From an uncultured Bacilli bacterium (GTDB lineage: Bacteria; Bacillota_I; Bacilli_A; RF39; UBA660): 48,090 nt of DNA. The translations under genes were made by a program, and so were the position numbers. Position 1 is the first letter of the stretch. Each line of letters starts with the position of its first letter. Positions 36,098 to 46,754 of this stretch are shown one piece after another. The notes under the pieces were generated by a model. It was not told the origin of the DNA, did not search any database, and saw only the letters and a program-made list of their open reading frames with translations. The stretch covers positions 1-48,090 of the forward strand of contig CANQQV010000012.1 of NCBI GenBank assembly GCA_947626095.1. Reading direction: 5' to 3'.

Positions 36098-39000
36098 TTA
36101 TTCAGTTGGTATAACAAATTCTGTTACTTGTTGTGGTTTATTTTTATCATAAACTTTACCATTAAAGTCATCTGTACCATTTTTGATAGTGTAGTATAAG
36201 TCTTGACGTACAACTGTACTGTTATTAAAGTTTTTAACTTTACTATTAATTATATAATTATTACGATTTGCAACATAATTATCACTATCTACTGGGTATT
36301 TTTCTTCAGCTTCTTGGCGTTTAGTTATTACGGCTTTGGCATCTTCACGTAAAGCATTGTAGAATCTAATAAAGTAGTCATTGACATTTATTTGTTGAAT
36401 ATATGCTAAATTGGTTTTTACTTCATTAAATCTTTGCTGACGATAGACTTTGAAGGTTATGTTATTATTTCCAGTGATGGTTTGAAGTGCCATTAAGTCA
36501 GTTTTATAATCAACGTTTGATTCTTTTTTGTTTCCATTGTCATCAAAGACATAACTCTTACCGTCTGAGGCAACATTAGCTATAGTTTTTTTAATAGAAT
36601 TACGATTACTATAGTATTCAATGTAGCCTGCATCATAACCGGCATAACCTAACATTTCATAAGCCCACCATTTGATACTATATGAGTCTGGTCGTCCTTC
36701 ATCGTTATGTGGCATGTACCAACGAACTTGGTTAATATTTGGACCACCGTAGCGATTAGTTGTAATAGTTGAAGCGATGACACCTGGGTACATAACTAGA
36801 TGATGGTCATATAAATCATCAAGGGTTTGAATATTCCAACTCTTGTATTCTTCTAGTGATACTTCAGAATAGAATGAATGTTGACGTTTTAAGTATTCAT
36901 GACCAGCTAAAGTATTAGTTTTTTCGCGTGGATATGTTACTTCTACAACTAAAGCTGCTTGTTCTTCAACTGGTAGTTTTAAGAAGGCTTGGCCTTCAAT
37001 ATAATCCATAATATAAACTGTATCAAATAGTTTTTGATAGAAGTCTTGGATTTTAGCTGGACTATTAATTCGATCTGGCGTTAAATTAGCGGCGATACGA
37101 TCACCTTTATTATAACGACTTGATAAGTTCATAACAATATCGGCTGGACCAAAGCTTTGAGTTAAGTTACCATCAGCATAGTCTTCACCACCGGCATCGA
37201 AACGACGACCATAGTTCTTTAAGAACAATCTAGCATCCATATTATGAGCTGTTTCATGAGACCAAGTACTATATGTCCAATTACCATCTAAACAACCTTC
37301 AGCACGCCAAATGATATATGCACCGTTGGCTGTTGCAGCATTGCCGTCTGGATAAGCCCACTGACCTATTACTTCGTTAAAGTTTTTATGGAATGGTTCT
37401 TCTGTTGAATATGGATTTTGATTAGTTAGAATTCCATTTTCGTAGGTAAATCTCTTATCTATCTGAATTGTATGAATACTATTAAATACTTCAGCATCGT
37501 TAATAATTAAAGCGGTTGTATTATAATAATCACTCATTCTCGTTGTATAGATAGCTACTCTTTCTTGGAAGGCTTTTTGCTCTTCGGCGTTAAATGGATC
37601 ATTAATATATGTTCTTTCAGCACCGATGACAAATTGACCTGGGGTAGAGATAATATAAGCCGCTCTTTCTGGAAGAGTTAAGATTGGTAAGGCATAATTA
37701 TACCATGTAACACCCGTATTTTTGTCTTGAGTTTTAATATGATCCCATAAACGATATTCAATGTCAGGACGGTTTTTAACGTCTAATTCAACTAAATATC
37801 CTTTAAATTCTTTAGCAAACCAATCAGCAGTTTTTTCTTTAGTTAATGTTGTAACTAAATAGTCTAAGAAGTTTGGTATATTACTTTGTTTAGTGTATTT
37901 ACTTAAGATATTTGTATACACATCGCTTGTACGATTAGTTTCGAAGTTTTTACTATCTTTTAAGTAAGCATTAACGATATTTTTAGTATTCATTTCACTA
38001 TCAAAGCCTGTACTATCGAATAGAATAAAATCATATAGTTTCATACCGGCAATATCAATATCATAGAATCTTCTAAAATAATTATAAACGTATAAGGTTT
38101 TAATGAAGTTTTCATCGTCTTTGATTTCTCTTTCAAGGTAATCACTAATTGCTTCGTTAGTATTACCATTAGCTTGATTTGTAATAGATATATATTTTAA
38201 GACAAATTCACGTAGTTCTTTTTTAGTTGTATCGTTATAGAATTCTTTATATAGACGACTATCAGATCCAGGTGTTAAAGGATCTAAATTATCATCGTAA
38301 TTTAGATTATTTAGATAATTGGTTAAATTATTGACTAGTTGTGAATTGTTATCGATTAGATAGTGATTAAAGGTATAATCAGTTTTTAATGATGTTATAC
38401 GATAGCTAGCAACCATGTCATATAATTTATCAAATTTAACTTCATATTCTTCGAGTGTATTATCTTCATAAACGATTTTTAATTTAGTTATTTTATTATA
38501 ATCACTAGTAGTTAAATAAGTTACTATATTACCGTTTGTATCAAGTGGTATTAAATGTTTGATATTCTTAGTAGCTAAGTTACTATTATTACTGATATTC
38601 TTGGCATTTTTGGCGATTTTCTTACTGTCATAGAATGGTGTTAATTTTATTAAGTTACCGTATAGATGGTATTCTTTTTCTTCTTCGTAATCATCGATAA
38701 CTTGGTCTAAGTCTAAGATTGAGTTTGTTTCAGCCATGAAGATTGGATAACCTTCATATATCGCGGTACTCATGTTCCAAATTTTTGTGTCGAAATGGGC
38801 TTGCTGGTAAATTTCGATAATGGCTTCATCACCAATGTGGAATCTAACATTAGTTACACCATTTTCAGTCGATTCTTTATCTTCTTGTAGTAAATTATAG
38901 TTATTTCTAATTTCTTTAGCGTTGTTAGTAAAACCATTATTAGCTTGACCATATTTGGCGACATTATCAATGAAGGTTGAAGTTGGCGATGAAGAGCATG

Positions 39001-42000
39001 CAAAGTAGCAGGAAATATTTGCTATTTTAGCTGGTCCATTATTTATTTCAACGGCAGCAATATTATTTTTTAATTCACTATTTGTGGCATTGCCAACTAA
39101 GCCACCGATATAATCAGTATTAGCAGTTATTGTACCAATAGCGATGTTATTATATAATTTAGAATTTTCTAATTTACCAACTAAGCCACCAGTATTTTGG
39201 CCTTCGTCTGTTCCTTTAATATTAATGTTATTGATTTTAGATTTTTCAATTAAGGAATTATTAGTTGCTTCCCCTACTAAACCACCAACTTTTTCAGTAC
39301 TATTATTAATATTTAAACGATTAATATTAACATTTGATATTGTAGTATTACTGATTGAATTAGCTATTGCACCTTTATATTTACTATCATTTAAGTTAAT
39401 TGTATCTAGTTTTAAATTTTTAATTGTGCCATTTTTAATTGTTTTAAATAATGGACGATCTAGATTTTTAATACGATAGTTATTACCATTAAATGTACCA
39501 GTATATTCGACATCAAAGATATAATCAGTACTGATATCAAGAGTTGATAAATCAAGATCGGCACCTAAAGTGATATTAGATGATGGATCTTTTTTGATTT
39601 GGTCGATTATTTGAGAAATCGTTGCGGGACGAGCACTATTTGTTACTTCGCCGTTTTCAATTAAGCCAAAGTCGATTCTTAAATCTTGTTTTTCTTCATT
39701 TTTTTCACGAATAACATATTCATAATCTAGAACAAGAATTAAGTGATTATTTTCTTTTAGAACACGTTTAATTTTAGCATGAACAGTTGGTAATTTGGCC
39801 ATATTAATTTTAACAAAGTAGTTTTCAGGATGTGCTTCAATGTCACTAACTGTAACTGTTTCGATAGCTGTTATTTTTTCGATTGTATTTTTATATAAAG
39901 TGACATCAGTTATTTTTTTCATTTCGATATAATTTTTATCTAAGGAGATTACTTCATCTAAAAGTAGAACATTAGTAAAATGATTTATATCATCGATTTT
40001 AATATCACGATCATAATTACCATATACTTTAACGTAGTATCTAATTGTACCATCTTTATTAATAGTTATTTCTTTGTTGAATGGATATGATGCAATTAGT
40101 TCATTATCTTCATTGTATAGATTTACTTTGACATTATCTTCTAAACGATTATAAACGGCATTATCATTATCTTTAAGATTTAACTTGATTTTAACATTAT
40201 CTTCGTTATCTTCGAATTTAAAGTCATAGATACTTATTTTATCTTTTAAGACTTCAATTTGAATACTATTATTATCTTTTAAAGATATTTTTTTACCATT
40301 ACTTAAGATTAAGTCAGTAATGATTAAATCTTTAAGACCAGCAGTATTATAGCCATCTATTTCGGCTTCGTATGTATCATCGTTTTTAGTTAATTGATAT
40401 TCTTTACCTTCGACAATTATGCGATCTAAGTTTGATAATTCGTTATTTTTGATTTTAAAACTAAGTTTTATTTTAGATAATTTTTCAAAATATCTATTGT
40501 TTTGGCCGTTAGTAGTTATGTCACTTAATTCGATATTGGCGTATTTATCTGTGTTATATAAGCCGTATGTTGTTTGATATATTTCAGTGTCTGTATAGTA
40601 ATTAGTAGGTTTTTCTTCAGTTATAGTATTTGTATCTAAATCATATGTTCCATTGAAGGTTAAGTTTAATTCTTCGTCTTTTGGAACTTGAGTGAAAGTT
40701 ATTTCGTTTTCACCATATTTTATTTCATGTGTTTCTTCACCTAAAGTTACGGTACCTTTTTCAAAACCACCTTTATCATCTTGAACATAGAAACGGAATT
40801 TTACTGTGCCATTTGTATAATCTTCATCAAGAATTTTTAAATCTTTGATGGAAGGTTTATCTTTTAAAACATCGATTTTAGTTTCATAAGGAGCAACAGC
40901 AAAATAGGCTTGGCTGATACCTTGGTATGATTCAACTGCTAGTTTAACACGGGTAATATTTAAATTAATAATTCCTGATTCGTTTGGAATGGTAAAGGTA
41001 ATTGTTGTGCCACCATCACCAGTTTCGCCATTAACGGCATTGGTTCCACCATCATAATTTAAGCCATTAATTGTCGCTCCAGAAATGCGGTTATATTTTT
41101 TTCTTAGTTCTGGACTTATATTAACGTATATTTTTATTTGATATTTAGTTTGTCCTTTAGTTGGATATGGGGTTAATTCAAACTTATTATTTTGATTTAT
41201 TTTACCAACTTCAATTTTCGTTATTTTAACGTCGGTTTGCGTCACAATTGCTTTTTCGCCAACATTTACTTCATTGTATGTATGACGGTCTGTTCCTAAG
41301 TTATAGTCGGCTAAAAACTTTACTTGGTATCCACCTGATATATTGTCTTTGTATGATACTGGTATACGGTTACCATTTTGGACGTCATTTAGTTTAGTAA
41401 TTAATTTATTATTAGAATCTACTAAGACTAAATTTAAATGACTTAGAGTTTTATCTTGATCAACGACATGGTAATCGACATATAATTGTTCATTACTTTT
41501 ATCATCTTCAATTTTAATATTATCGACTTTAGGACCAACTTTTAGAACCGTATAACTTAAAGGATTCATGTTATAATCTTGATTAAGATTAAAGACTTTA
41601 TAATTACTTATTTCGATTTTATCAATATTGATATGGTAACGACCGAAAGTATCAGTGTTTAGATCTGTTAATTCAACTTGATAGTGATTTTTTTCATATT
41701 TGGGAGTTGCTTTATATCGATGACCATCTATTTCGATATATTCAACTGTATATCCCTTGTTGTTGGTACTTGTAAATTCAATTATTGGTTTTTGGCCTTT
41801 TTCAATTGCATCTGTTATAGAAATGTTTGATATTTTAAAATCATAGTTACTATTAATTGATAAAGTATGATTATATATTTGTTTGTCTTCATATAGATTT
41901 TTATTACCTGTTATACTATTTAGATCATTAGTATCACGGTCATAAGTAGCAAATATTTGAATGGTATAATCTTGTTCTTTTACAAATTCATAAGTAATAC

Positions 42001-43420
42001 TATTTTCTTTAGCAAGATCATTACGATATACTTCTTTATTTTCTTTATCTTCGATTATTATATAACCATTTTTAAAACTATTTTCTTTATCTTGTAAGAT
42101 GAAAGTTAAAGTGTCTGTTTTCTCATCGAAATTGAATTCATCAACGTAAGGTTCATCTTTTAAAACCTCTTTGATAATGATTAGTTCGGTTTTAATTTCA
42201 CGATTATTGACTAATTTAGCTTTGGTAAATTTAAATTCATGAACACCAGAAGTTTTAGGTGTATCTAAAGTAACCGTATAGTAATTGTTATTATATACTA
42301 CTGGGTAATATTTACCATCAATCATTACTTCTTTAATTTTTTCATTTGGTGTTACGGTAGCACTAAATTCAAGTGTTATTTTTCCTTTTTCGGTATATAA
42401 GTTGTCATTGCTTTCTTTACTTCTTAAAGTTACTTTGTAATTAGTCTTTTCGGTTGTATTACCAGCACTATGACCAGCATCATTAACATCTACTTTGCCA
42501 TCATTATTAACATCGTATTTATTAGATGGTTTACTAGGTTTTACGGTAGTTGAATTTTGATTATTGTTATGATTGTTATTTTCGTTATTATTTTCATTTT
42601 CTTCAGAACTATTTTCTTCTTGTGGTTTTGTACCCTGCATGTTAATTAAGTATTTTAAAATTTCTTTAGCATCATTATAATCTTTATTACCGTCGTTATT
42701 AACATCTTTTTTAGCATCGTTGAATATTAATAATGTACTTAATAAAATGATGAAAATAGCTAATGCTGCACTGGTTAAAATGATAATTTTTTTATCTCTT
42801 TTTTTGATTATGATAAAGATTAAACTAATTAATAATAGTACAGTACCAATTGCGGCACCGATAACTATTGGTTCATTAGTAAAAACTTTGATAATTTCTT
42901 CTTTAGCTTCATTAAATGTTATTTTATTGTTATTTGGGATTGTTTCTTCATCTTTGGCATCACGATTTATTGTCAATTCAACATTGGCATTTTTAAAATT
43001 TGTTTTATTTGCACCATCAGATGAAGAAATATTAGTTAAAGTTATGTTTGTAGTACCGGCTGTGGCATTTTTCTTAACTCTTAAACGAATACGAAATAAA
43101 CTATTAGATATTTCACCAGTTTTATTGATTAAACCGAAACGATTATTTTCTGGATTATATAATAATTCAACAACGTCTTCTTGACCAACAAAGTTTTCGT
43201 TTGATATTTCTTCGAAGACATTTTGGTCATATTTTAAAGTAGCAGTTAGAGCATATAACTTTAGATCTGATGGAATTTCAGCATCAACAGTTACAACATC
43301 ACCAGCTTCTAAATCGCTTTTATCTACTTTTAATGTAACTTCGTTATTGGCTAAGGTTAAAACAGGAAATAACAAAATTGTTAGAATAATAATAAAGAGT
43401 AATTTTTTAATATTTTTCAT
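36098..43420 (-). CDS. Giant surface zinc metalloprotease, M26 (IgA1 protease/ZmpB/ZmpC-like)
   Basis: Signal peptide, two internal TMs, GLUG-like VGGLVG repeats, HETAH (37244-37258) followed by YGRR..GGEDYADG typical of M26. Confidence 0.9.
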   Translation of the reverse strand: MKNIKKLLFIIILTILLFPVLTLANNEVTLKVDKSDLEAGDVVTVDAEIPSDLKLYALTATLKYDQNVFEEISNENFVGQEDVVELLYNPENNRFGLINKTGEISNSLFRIRLRVKKNATAGTTNITLTNISSSDGANKTNFKNANVELTINRDAKDEETIPNNNKITFNEAKEEIIKVFTNEPIVIGAAIGTVLLLISLIFIIIKKRDKKIIILTSAALAIFIILLSTLLIFNDAKKDVNNDGNKDYNDAKEILKYLINMQGTKPQEENSSEENENNNENNNHNNNQNSTTVKPSKPSNKYDVNNDGKVDVNDAGHSAGNTTEKTNYKVTLRSKESNDNLYTEKGKITLEFSATVTPNEKIKEVMIDGKYYPVVYNNNYYTVTLDTPKTSGVHEFKFTKAKLVNNREIKTELIIIKEVLKDEPYVDEFNFDEKTDTLTFILQDKENSFKNGYIIIEDKENKEVYRNDLAKENSITYEFVKEQDYTIQIFATYDRDTNDLNSITGNKNLYEDKQIYNHTLSINSNYDFKISNISITDAIEKGQKPIIEFTSTNNKGYTVEYIEIDGHRYKATPKYEKNHYQVELTDLNTDTFGRYHINIDKIEISNYKVFNLNQDYNMNPLSYTVLKVGPKVDNIKIEDDKSNEQLYVDYHVVDQDKTLSHLNLVLVDSNNKLITKLNDVQNGNRIPVSYKDNISGGYQVKFLADYNLGTDRHTYNEVNVGEKAIVTQTDVKITKIEVGKINQNNKFELTPYPTKGQTKYQIKIYVNISPELRKKYNRISGATINGLNYDGGTNAVNGETGDGGTTITFTIPNESGIINLNITRVKLAVESYQGISQAYFAVAPYETKIDVLKDKPSIKDLKILDEDYTNGTVKFRFYVQDDKGGFEKGTVTLGEETHEIKYGENEITFTQVPKDEELNLTFNGTYDLDTNTITEEKPTNYYTDTEIYQTTYGLYNTDKYANIELSDITTNGQNNRYFEKLSKIKLSFKIKNNELSNLDRIIVEGKEYQLTKNDDTYEAEIDGYNTAGLKDLIITDLILSNGKKISLKDNNSIQIEVLKDKISIYDFKFEDNEDNVKIKLNLKDNDNAVYNRLEDNVKVNLYNEDNELIASYPFNKEITINKDGTIRYYVKVYGNYDRDIKIDDINHFTNVLLLDEVISLDKNYIEMKKITDVTLYKNTIEKITAIETVTVSDIEAHPENYFVKINMAKLPTVHAKIKRVLKENNHLILVLDYEYVIREKNEEKQDLRIDFGLIENGEVTNSARPATISQIIDQIKKDPSSNITLGADLDLSTLDISTDYIFDVEYTGTFNGNNYRIKNLDRPLFKTIKNGTIKNLKLDTINLNDSKYKGAIANSISNTTISNVNINRLNINNSTEKVGGLVGEATNNSLIEKSKINNINIKGTDEGQNTGGLVGKLENSKLYNNIAIGTITANTDYIGGLVGNATNSELKNNIAAVEINNGPAKIANISCYFACSSSPTSTFIDNVAKYGQANNGFTNNAKEIRNNYNLLQEDKESTENGVTNVRFHIGDEAIIEIYQQAHFDTKIWNMSTAIYEGYPIFMAETNSILDLDQVIDDYEEEKEYHLYGNLIKLTPFYDSKKIAKNAKNISNNSNLATKNIKHLIPLDTNGNIVTYLTTSDYNKITKLKIVYEDNTLEEYEVKFDKLYDMVASYRITSLKTDYTFNHYLIDNNSQLVNNLTNYLNNLNYDDNLDPLTPGSDSRLYKEFYNDTTKKELREFVLKYISITNQANGNTNEAISDYLEREIKDDENFIKTLYVYNYFRRFYDIDIAGMKLYDFILFDSTGFDSEMNTKNIVNAYLKDSKNFETNRTSDVYTNILSKYTKQSNIPNFLDYLVTTLTKEKTADWFAKEFKGYLVELDVKNRPDIEYRLWDHIKTQDKNTGVTWYNYALPILTLPERAAYIISTPGQFVIGAERTYINDPFNAEEQKAFQERVAIYTTRMSDYYNTTALIINDAEVFNSIHTIQIDKRFTYENGILTNQNPYSTEEPFHKNFNEVIGQWAYPDGNAATANGAYIIWRAEGCLDGNWTYSTWSHETAHNMDARLFLKNYGRRFDAGGEDYADGNLTQSFGPADIVMNLSSRYNKGDRIAANLTPDRINSPAKIQDFYQKLFDTVYIMDYIEGQAFLKLPVEEQAALVVEVTYPREKTNTLAGHEYLKRQHSFYSEVSLEEYKSWNIQTLDDLYDHHLVMYPGVIASTITTNRYGGPNINQVRWYMPHNDEGRPDSYSIKWWAYEMLGYAGYDAGYIEYYSNRNSIKKTIANVASDGKSYVFDDNGNKKESNVDYKTDLMALQTITGNNNITFKVYRQQRFNEVKTNLAYIQQINVNDYFIRFYNALREDAKAVITKRQEAEEKYPVDSDNYVANRNNYIINSKVKNFNNSTVVRQDLYYTIKNGTDDFNGKVYDKNKPQQVTEFVIPTE

Positions 43421-43600
43421 AAACAGACACTCACCTTTTAAAATACTTTTGTTTGGCTCTATATTCTAGCATAAGTTCTTTTTTATCGCAAGATTTCCTG
43501 TAATTTAGGGAAATTTTAATATTTTTATGGTAATTAACGTTTTTATATGAAGTAAAAAAAGACTAAAATTTTTAGTCTTTAGTTTAAAATATTTATTTTT

Positions 43601-43726
43601 TTAAAATTTTCTTAAGCTATTAATATGGTTTTTAACTTGTGATATTTCTTCTCTTTTCTTTTTTTTATCTGTCTTATTTCTTTCTTCAATTTTTGGACTA
43701 TTTAACGTATAAATAAATTTATTAAA
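43601..43726 (-). pseudogene. Possible 3' remnant of a lost gene
   Basis: 41 open codons (FNKFIYTLNSPKIEERNKTDKKKKREEISQVKNHINSLRKF) without a start codon, followed by terminator 43554-43580. Confidence 0.3.
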
Positions 43727-43732
43727 CTATTT

Positions 43733-44554
43733 TTAACTAAATATATATTTTATGTCTGCTATTTCAAATAGTCCTAAATATTTTACTACTGAACGAGAAT
43801 AATTGTTGTTTGGATCTTTATCAAAATGGTGAGTTGCTTTTGGAAATTTTAAACCCCAACTATGAAAGTTATCTATTGCATCATTTATTATATCAGTACT
43901 TACATCATTAGTTATTTTGTTATATTTTAGTTTTTCAGGTCCTGGTAATTCAAAATTTTCGAAACCCATTTCTTTTAAAACGGTTTCAAGATCTTTATCT
44001 TCTTCAAATGAATGTTTAGCACAACTGAATTGGAACCAGCCATAATCATTAAAGTTGAAAAATGAGGGATTGAAATTATTATGAGTGGAGTTTTCTTTAG
44101 CTCGTTTCATGTAATCGACATTATTTTTGTAATTATCACCAATATGTTCTACCGCATAGTTTGCGATACCTTCTAATTCTTTTACTTTGTCTTCTTCACC
44201 ATAATACTTCCAATATGCAACTGCAAAGTCATTTACTAATTGTTCTTCTTCGGCGACAGGGATATCTACTCCTTTATTGTAATAAATTAAGCCATGACCT
44301 AGTTCGTGAATGACATTATAATATTTGAAATATAAATTAAATCTTTCTTCTGTATTATCTTTTCCAAGGGCTGTTTCAACGTTTTTTTGATCTTCTTCAG
44401 TACTTTGATTATATAAACCAGTAGTAACTGAATAATATCTTGGCGATAAAATATAAATTAGAATTACAGCGGCTAAGATAATTATGGCGATTAAATCTGA
44501 TATTGATATTTTAAATTTGCCAATTTGAATTTTCTTACTTTGTTCTTTGTTCAT
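43733..44554 (-). CDS. Membrane-anchored HExxH zincin-like protein
   Basis: N-terminal TM; NVIHELGH followed by EEQLVNDFA. Confidence 0.75.
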   Translation of the reverse strand: MNKEQSKKIQIGKFKISISDLIAIIILAAVILIYILSPRYYSVTTGLYNQSTEEDQKNVETALGKDNTEERFNLYFKYYNVIHELGHGLIYYNKGVDIPVAEEEQLVNDFAVAYWKYYGEEDKVKELEGIANYAVEHIGDNYKNNVDYMKRAKENSTHNNFNPSFFNFNDYGWFQFSCAKHSFEEDKDLETVLKEMGFENFELPGPEKLKYNKITNDVSTDIINDAIDNFHSWGLKFPKATHHFDKDPNNNYSRSVVKYLGLFEIADIKYIFS

Positions 44555-44603
44555 TTTAACTTCCTTCTTTACTATTAATCTAAATATACAGTATTATTGT
44601 TTT

Positions 44604-44741
44604 GATGGTCAATTAGTTATATAGACTTAACATATATTTTCTTGTTCGCCATTTAGAGTTCCTATTACTCGCCTAGTTGCTGCTCAAGCTATTATCAAAG
44701 AAAAATAAGTTAATTATATTAAAAGACTAAGTAATTTAGTC
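44604..44741 (+). pseudogene. Inverted decayed copy of ppdK 3' end and its terminator
   Basis: 44640-44708 encodes SCSPFRVPITRLVAAQAIIKEK-stop versus ppdK SCSPFRVPIARLAAAQAAIKE (53/63 nt identical by hand count). Confidence 0.85.
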
Positions 44742-46610
44742 ATAATTATTTTTCTTTTTTAATACTAAAGCGCCATAAGAATCTAATTCTTCTTTAGTAG
44801 TTTTGCCTAAAGAATATGTTTTTTCATATGAAGCATATTCTTCTGGTAGAAGAATTTTTATTTTGCCATTTGATCTATTTACGGCGATTAATAAAGATTC
44901 AGTTTTGGTATGTCTTTTAAACATTATATATTCATTATTTATTTCGATTATTTCTAATTCGGCTTCTGCTAAGAATGGTTCTTTTTTTCTAATTTCACCT
45001 ATTTTTTGAAAAAACTTAAGTAAATCTTGATCTTCTTTATGCCAAGGAAATGGGCGACGATTAGCTAAATTACCCATACCTTGTAATCCTACTTCGTCAC
45101 CATAAAAAATTGATAAAATGCCGGGGAAAAAGGTTAAAAAGTATAAATAAGCTTTATATATTTCTTTGCCTTTTTGATATTCTTCAGGAGTTAATTGATA
45201 ATTTTTTTGCCATTCTAAATCACTTTCGTTATTTAAGTTCCAGGCCCATTCGTCAGAATATCTAAATTCGTGAGCACCAAAGATGTTTATTGCTCTAGTA
45301 ATGTCGTGAGTTGAGGTAAAGTTCATTAAAGAGTTTAATGTATCTTTGGGATATTCTGTTTTTAATTGATTTATAACATCACGTAATTTATGGACGTCTT
45401 CGTACTTGAAATATCTAATTAAAGCATCAATTAAGGTATAATTCATAACGGTATCCATACCTTTGCCGCCGGAAATATAGTTTCTATTCATACGCATTGG
45501 ATTTTTCCATACTTCACCAATAATAAAGCCATCTGGTTTATTTCTTTTGACAGCTGTTCTAATGCCTTCAATAAATTCATCACTTAGTTCATCTGCTACA
45601 TCTAGTCTTAGGCCATCAATACCTAAGGAAAACCATAAATCGATTATACCACCTTCACCATAAATATATTTTTGCCACTCTTTATTACTTCCATCACAAA
45701 CAGGAAGGTTTTTCATGCCCCACCAGTAAGCGAAATAAGTTTTATTATCAGCAATATATTTACGATAAAATGGATAATACTTTGATTCTGGGCTCTGTGA
45801 AGCACCTAGTTCAGTAAAATGATTGTATTCATTAAAATACTTACTATCATTACCTGTATGATTAAATACGGCATCTAAGATAATTTTAATTCCTTTTTGA
45901 TGAGCAATGGTACATAATTCTTTTAAGTCTTCATTTGTGCCAGCATATGGATCTACTTTTTCGTAATCAGATGTATCGTAACGATGATTAGACTGTGACC
46001 AAACAACTGGGCTTAAATAGATGATACTAACGCCTAAGGATTTTATGTAATCTAATTTTTCAATAATCCCTTTTAAGTCACCACCATAGAAATCAGCATT
46101 CCAAATACCATTTTCATCAGGACCTATTTTTATATCTTCATCCCAACTAGAATGAATTGTTCTATTTTCCATAGGTGGTAATGGCTCTTCTCTTCCTTTA
46201 TTAAAACGATCAACAAAGATATGATACATTATTTTTCCTTTAGCCCACTCTGGGACTTCAAAATTAACACTCATTTGCCACATTTCACTTGGAGATATTG
46301 TCGATACTTCATTTTGATTCTCTTTTTTTAAATAAATTGATTGATTATTAACGTTAAAAGAAAAATAGTAATGATATATGGCTTTAGTTGGTAAAGAGAT
46401 GGACGTTTTAAAGTAAGAAAACTGTTCATCATTTTTTATGTGGTCTAGTCTAAATATTTCTCTGGTACTATTATTTTCAACAATAAATGATACAGATGAT
46501 ATCCCACCTAACGTCATAGGTATTTTGATTGCTATATCGTATTTGGCACCACTTTCGTATGTTTCAGTTTTTATTATTTTAAACTCTGTCTTTTCTAAAA
46601 TATTTTCCAT
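44736..46610 (-). CDS. GH13 neopullulanase/cyclomaltodextrinase-like glycosidase
   Basis: YHIFVDRF, GGDLKGI, LDAVFNH, GLRLDVAD, IGEVW, STHD, FYGDE. Confidence 0.93.
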   Translation of the reverse strand: MENILEKTEFKIIKTETYESGAKYDIAIKIPMTLGGISSVSFIVENNSTREIFRLDHIKNDEQFSYFKTSISLPTKAIYHYYFSFNVNNQSIYLKKENQNEVSTISPSEMWQMSVNFEVPEWAKGKIMYHIFVDRFNKGREEPLPPMENRTIHSSWDEDIKIGPDENGIWNADFYGGDLKGIIEKLDYIKSLGVSIIYLSPVVWSQSNHRYDTSDYEKVDPYAGTNEDLKELCTIAHQKGIKIILDAVFNHTGNDSKYFNEYNHFTELGASQSPESKYYPFYRKYIADNKTYFAYWWGMKNLPVCDGSNKEWQKYIYGEGGIIDLWFSLGIDGLRLDVADELSDEFIEGIRTAVKRNKPDGFIIGEVWKNPMRMNRNYISGGKGMDTVMNYTLIDALIRYFKYEDVHKLRDVINQLKTEYPKDTLNSLMNFTSTHDITRAINIFGAHEFRYSDEWAWNLNNESDLEWQKNYQLTPEEYQKGKEIYKAYLYFLTFFPGILSIFYGDEVGLQGMGNLANRRPFPWHKEDQDLLKFFQKIGEIRKKEPFLAEAELEIIEINNEYIMFKRHTKTESLLIAVNRSNGKIKILLPEEYASYEKTYSLGKTTKEELDSYGALVLKKKNNYD

Positions 46611-46718
46611 AAGCCCACCTTTATTATAGTTTTATCTTACCATTAATATATCATAAGAAATGAGAAAACGCTATCATTGAATAAAATTTCTTGTTTTAGA
46701 AAAACTATTTTTATAAAG

Positions 46719-46746
46719 AAAAAAGACTAAGTTTCCTTAGCCTTTA
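46719..46746 (-). terminator. ppdK terminator
   Basis: Minus strand AAAGGCTAAG-GAAA-CTTAGTCTTTTTT. Confidence 0.75.
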
Positions 46747-46754
46747 ATCATTTG

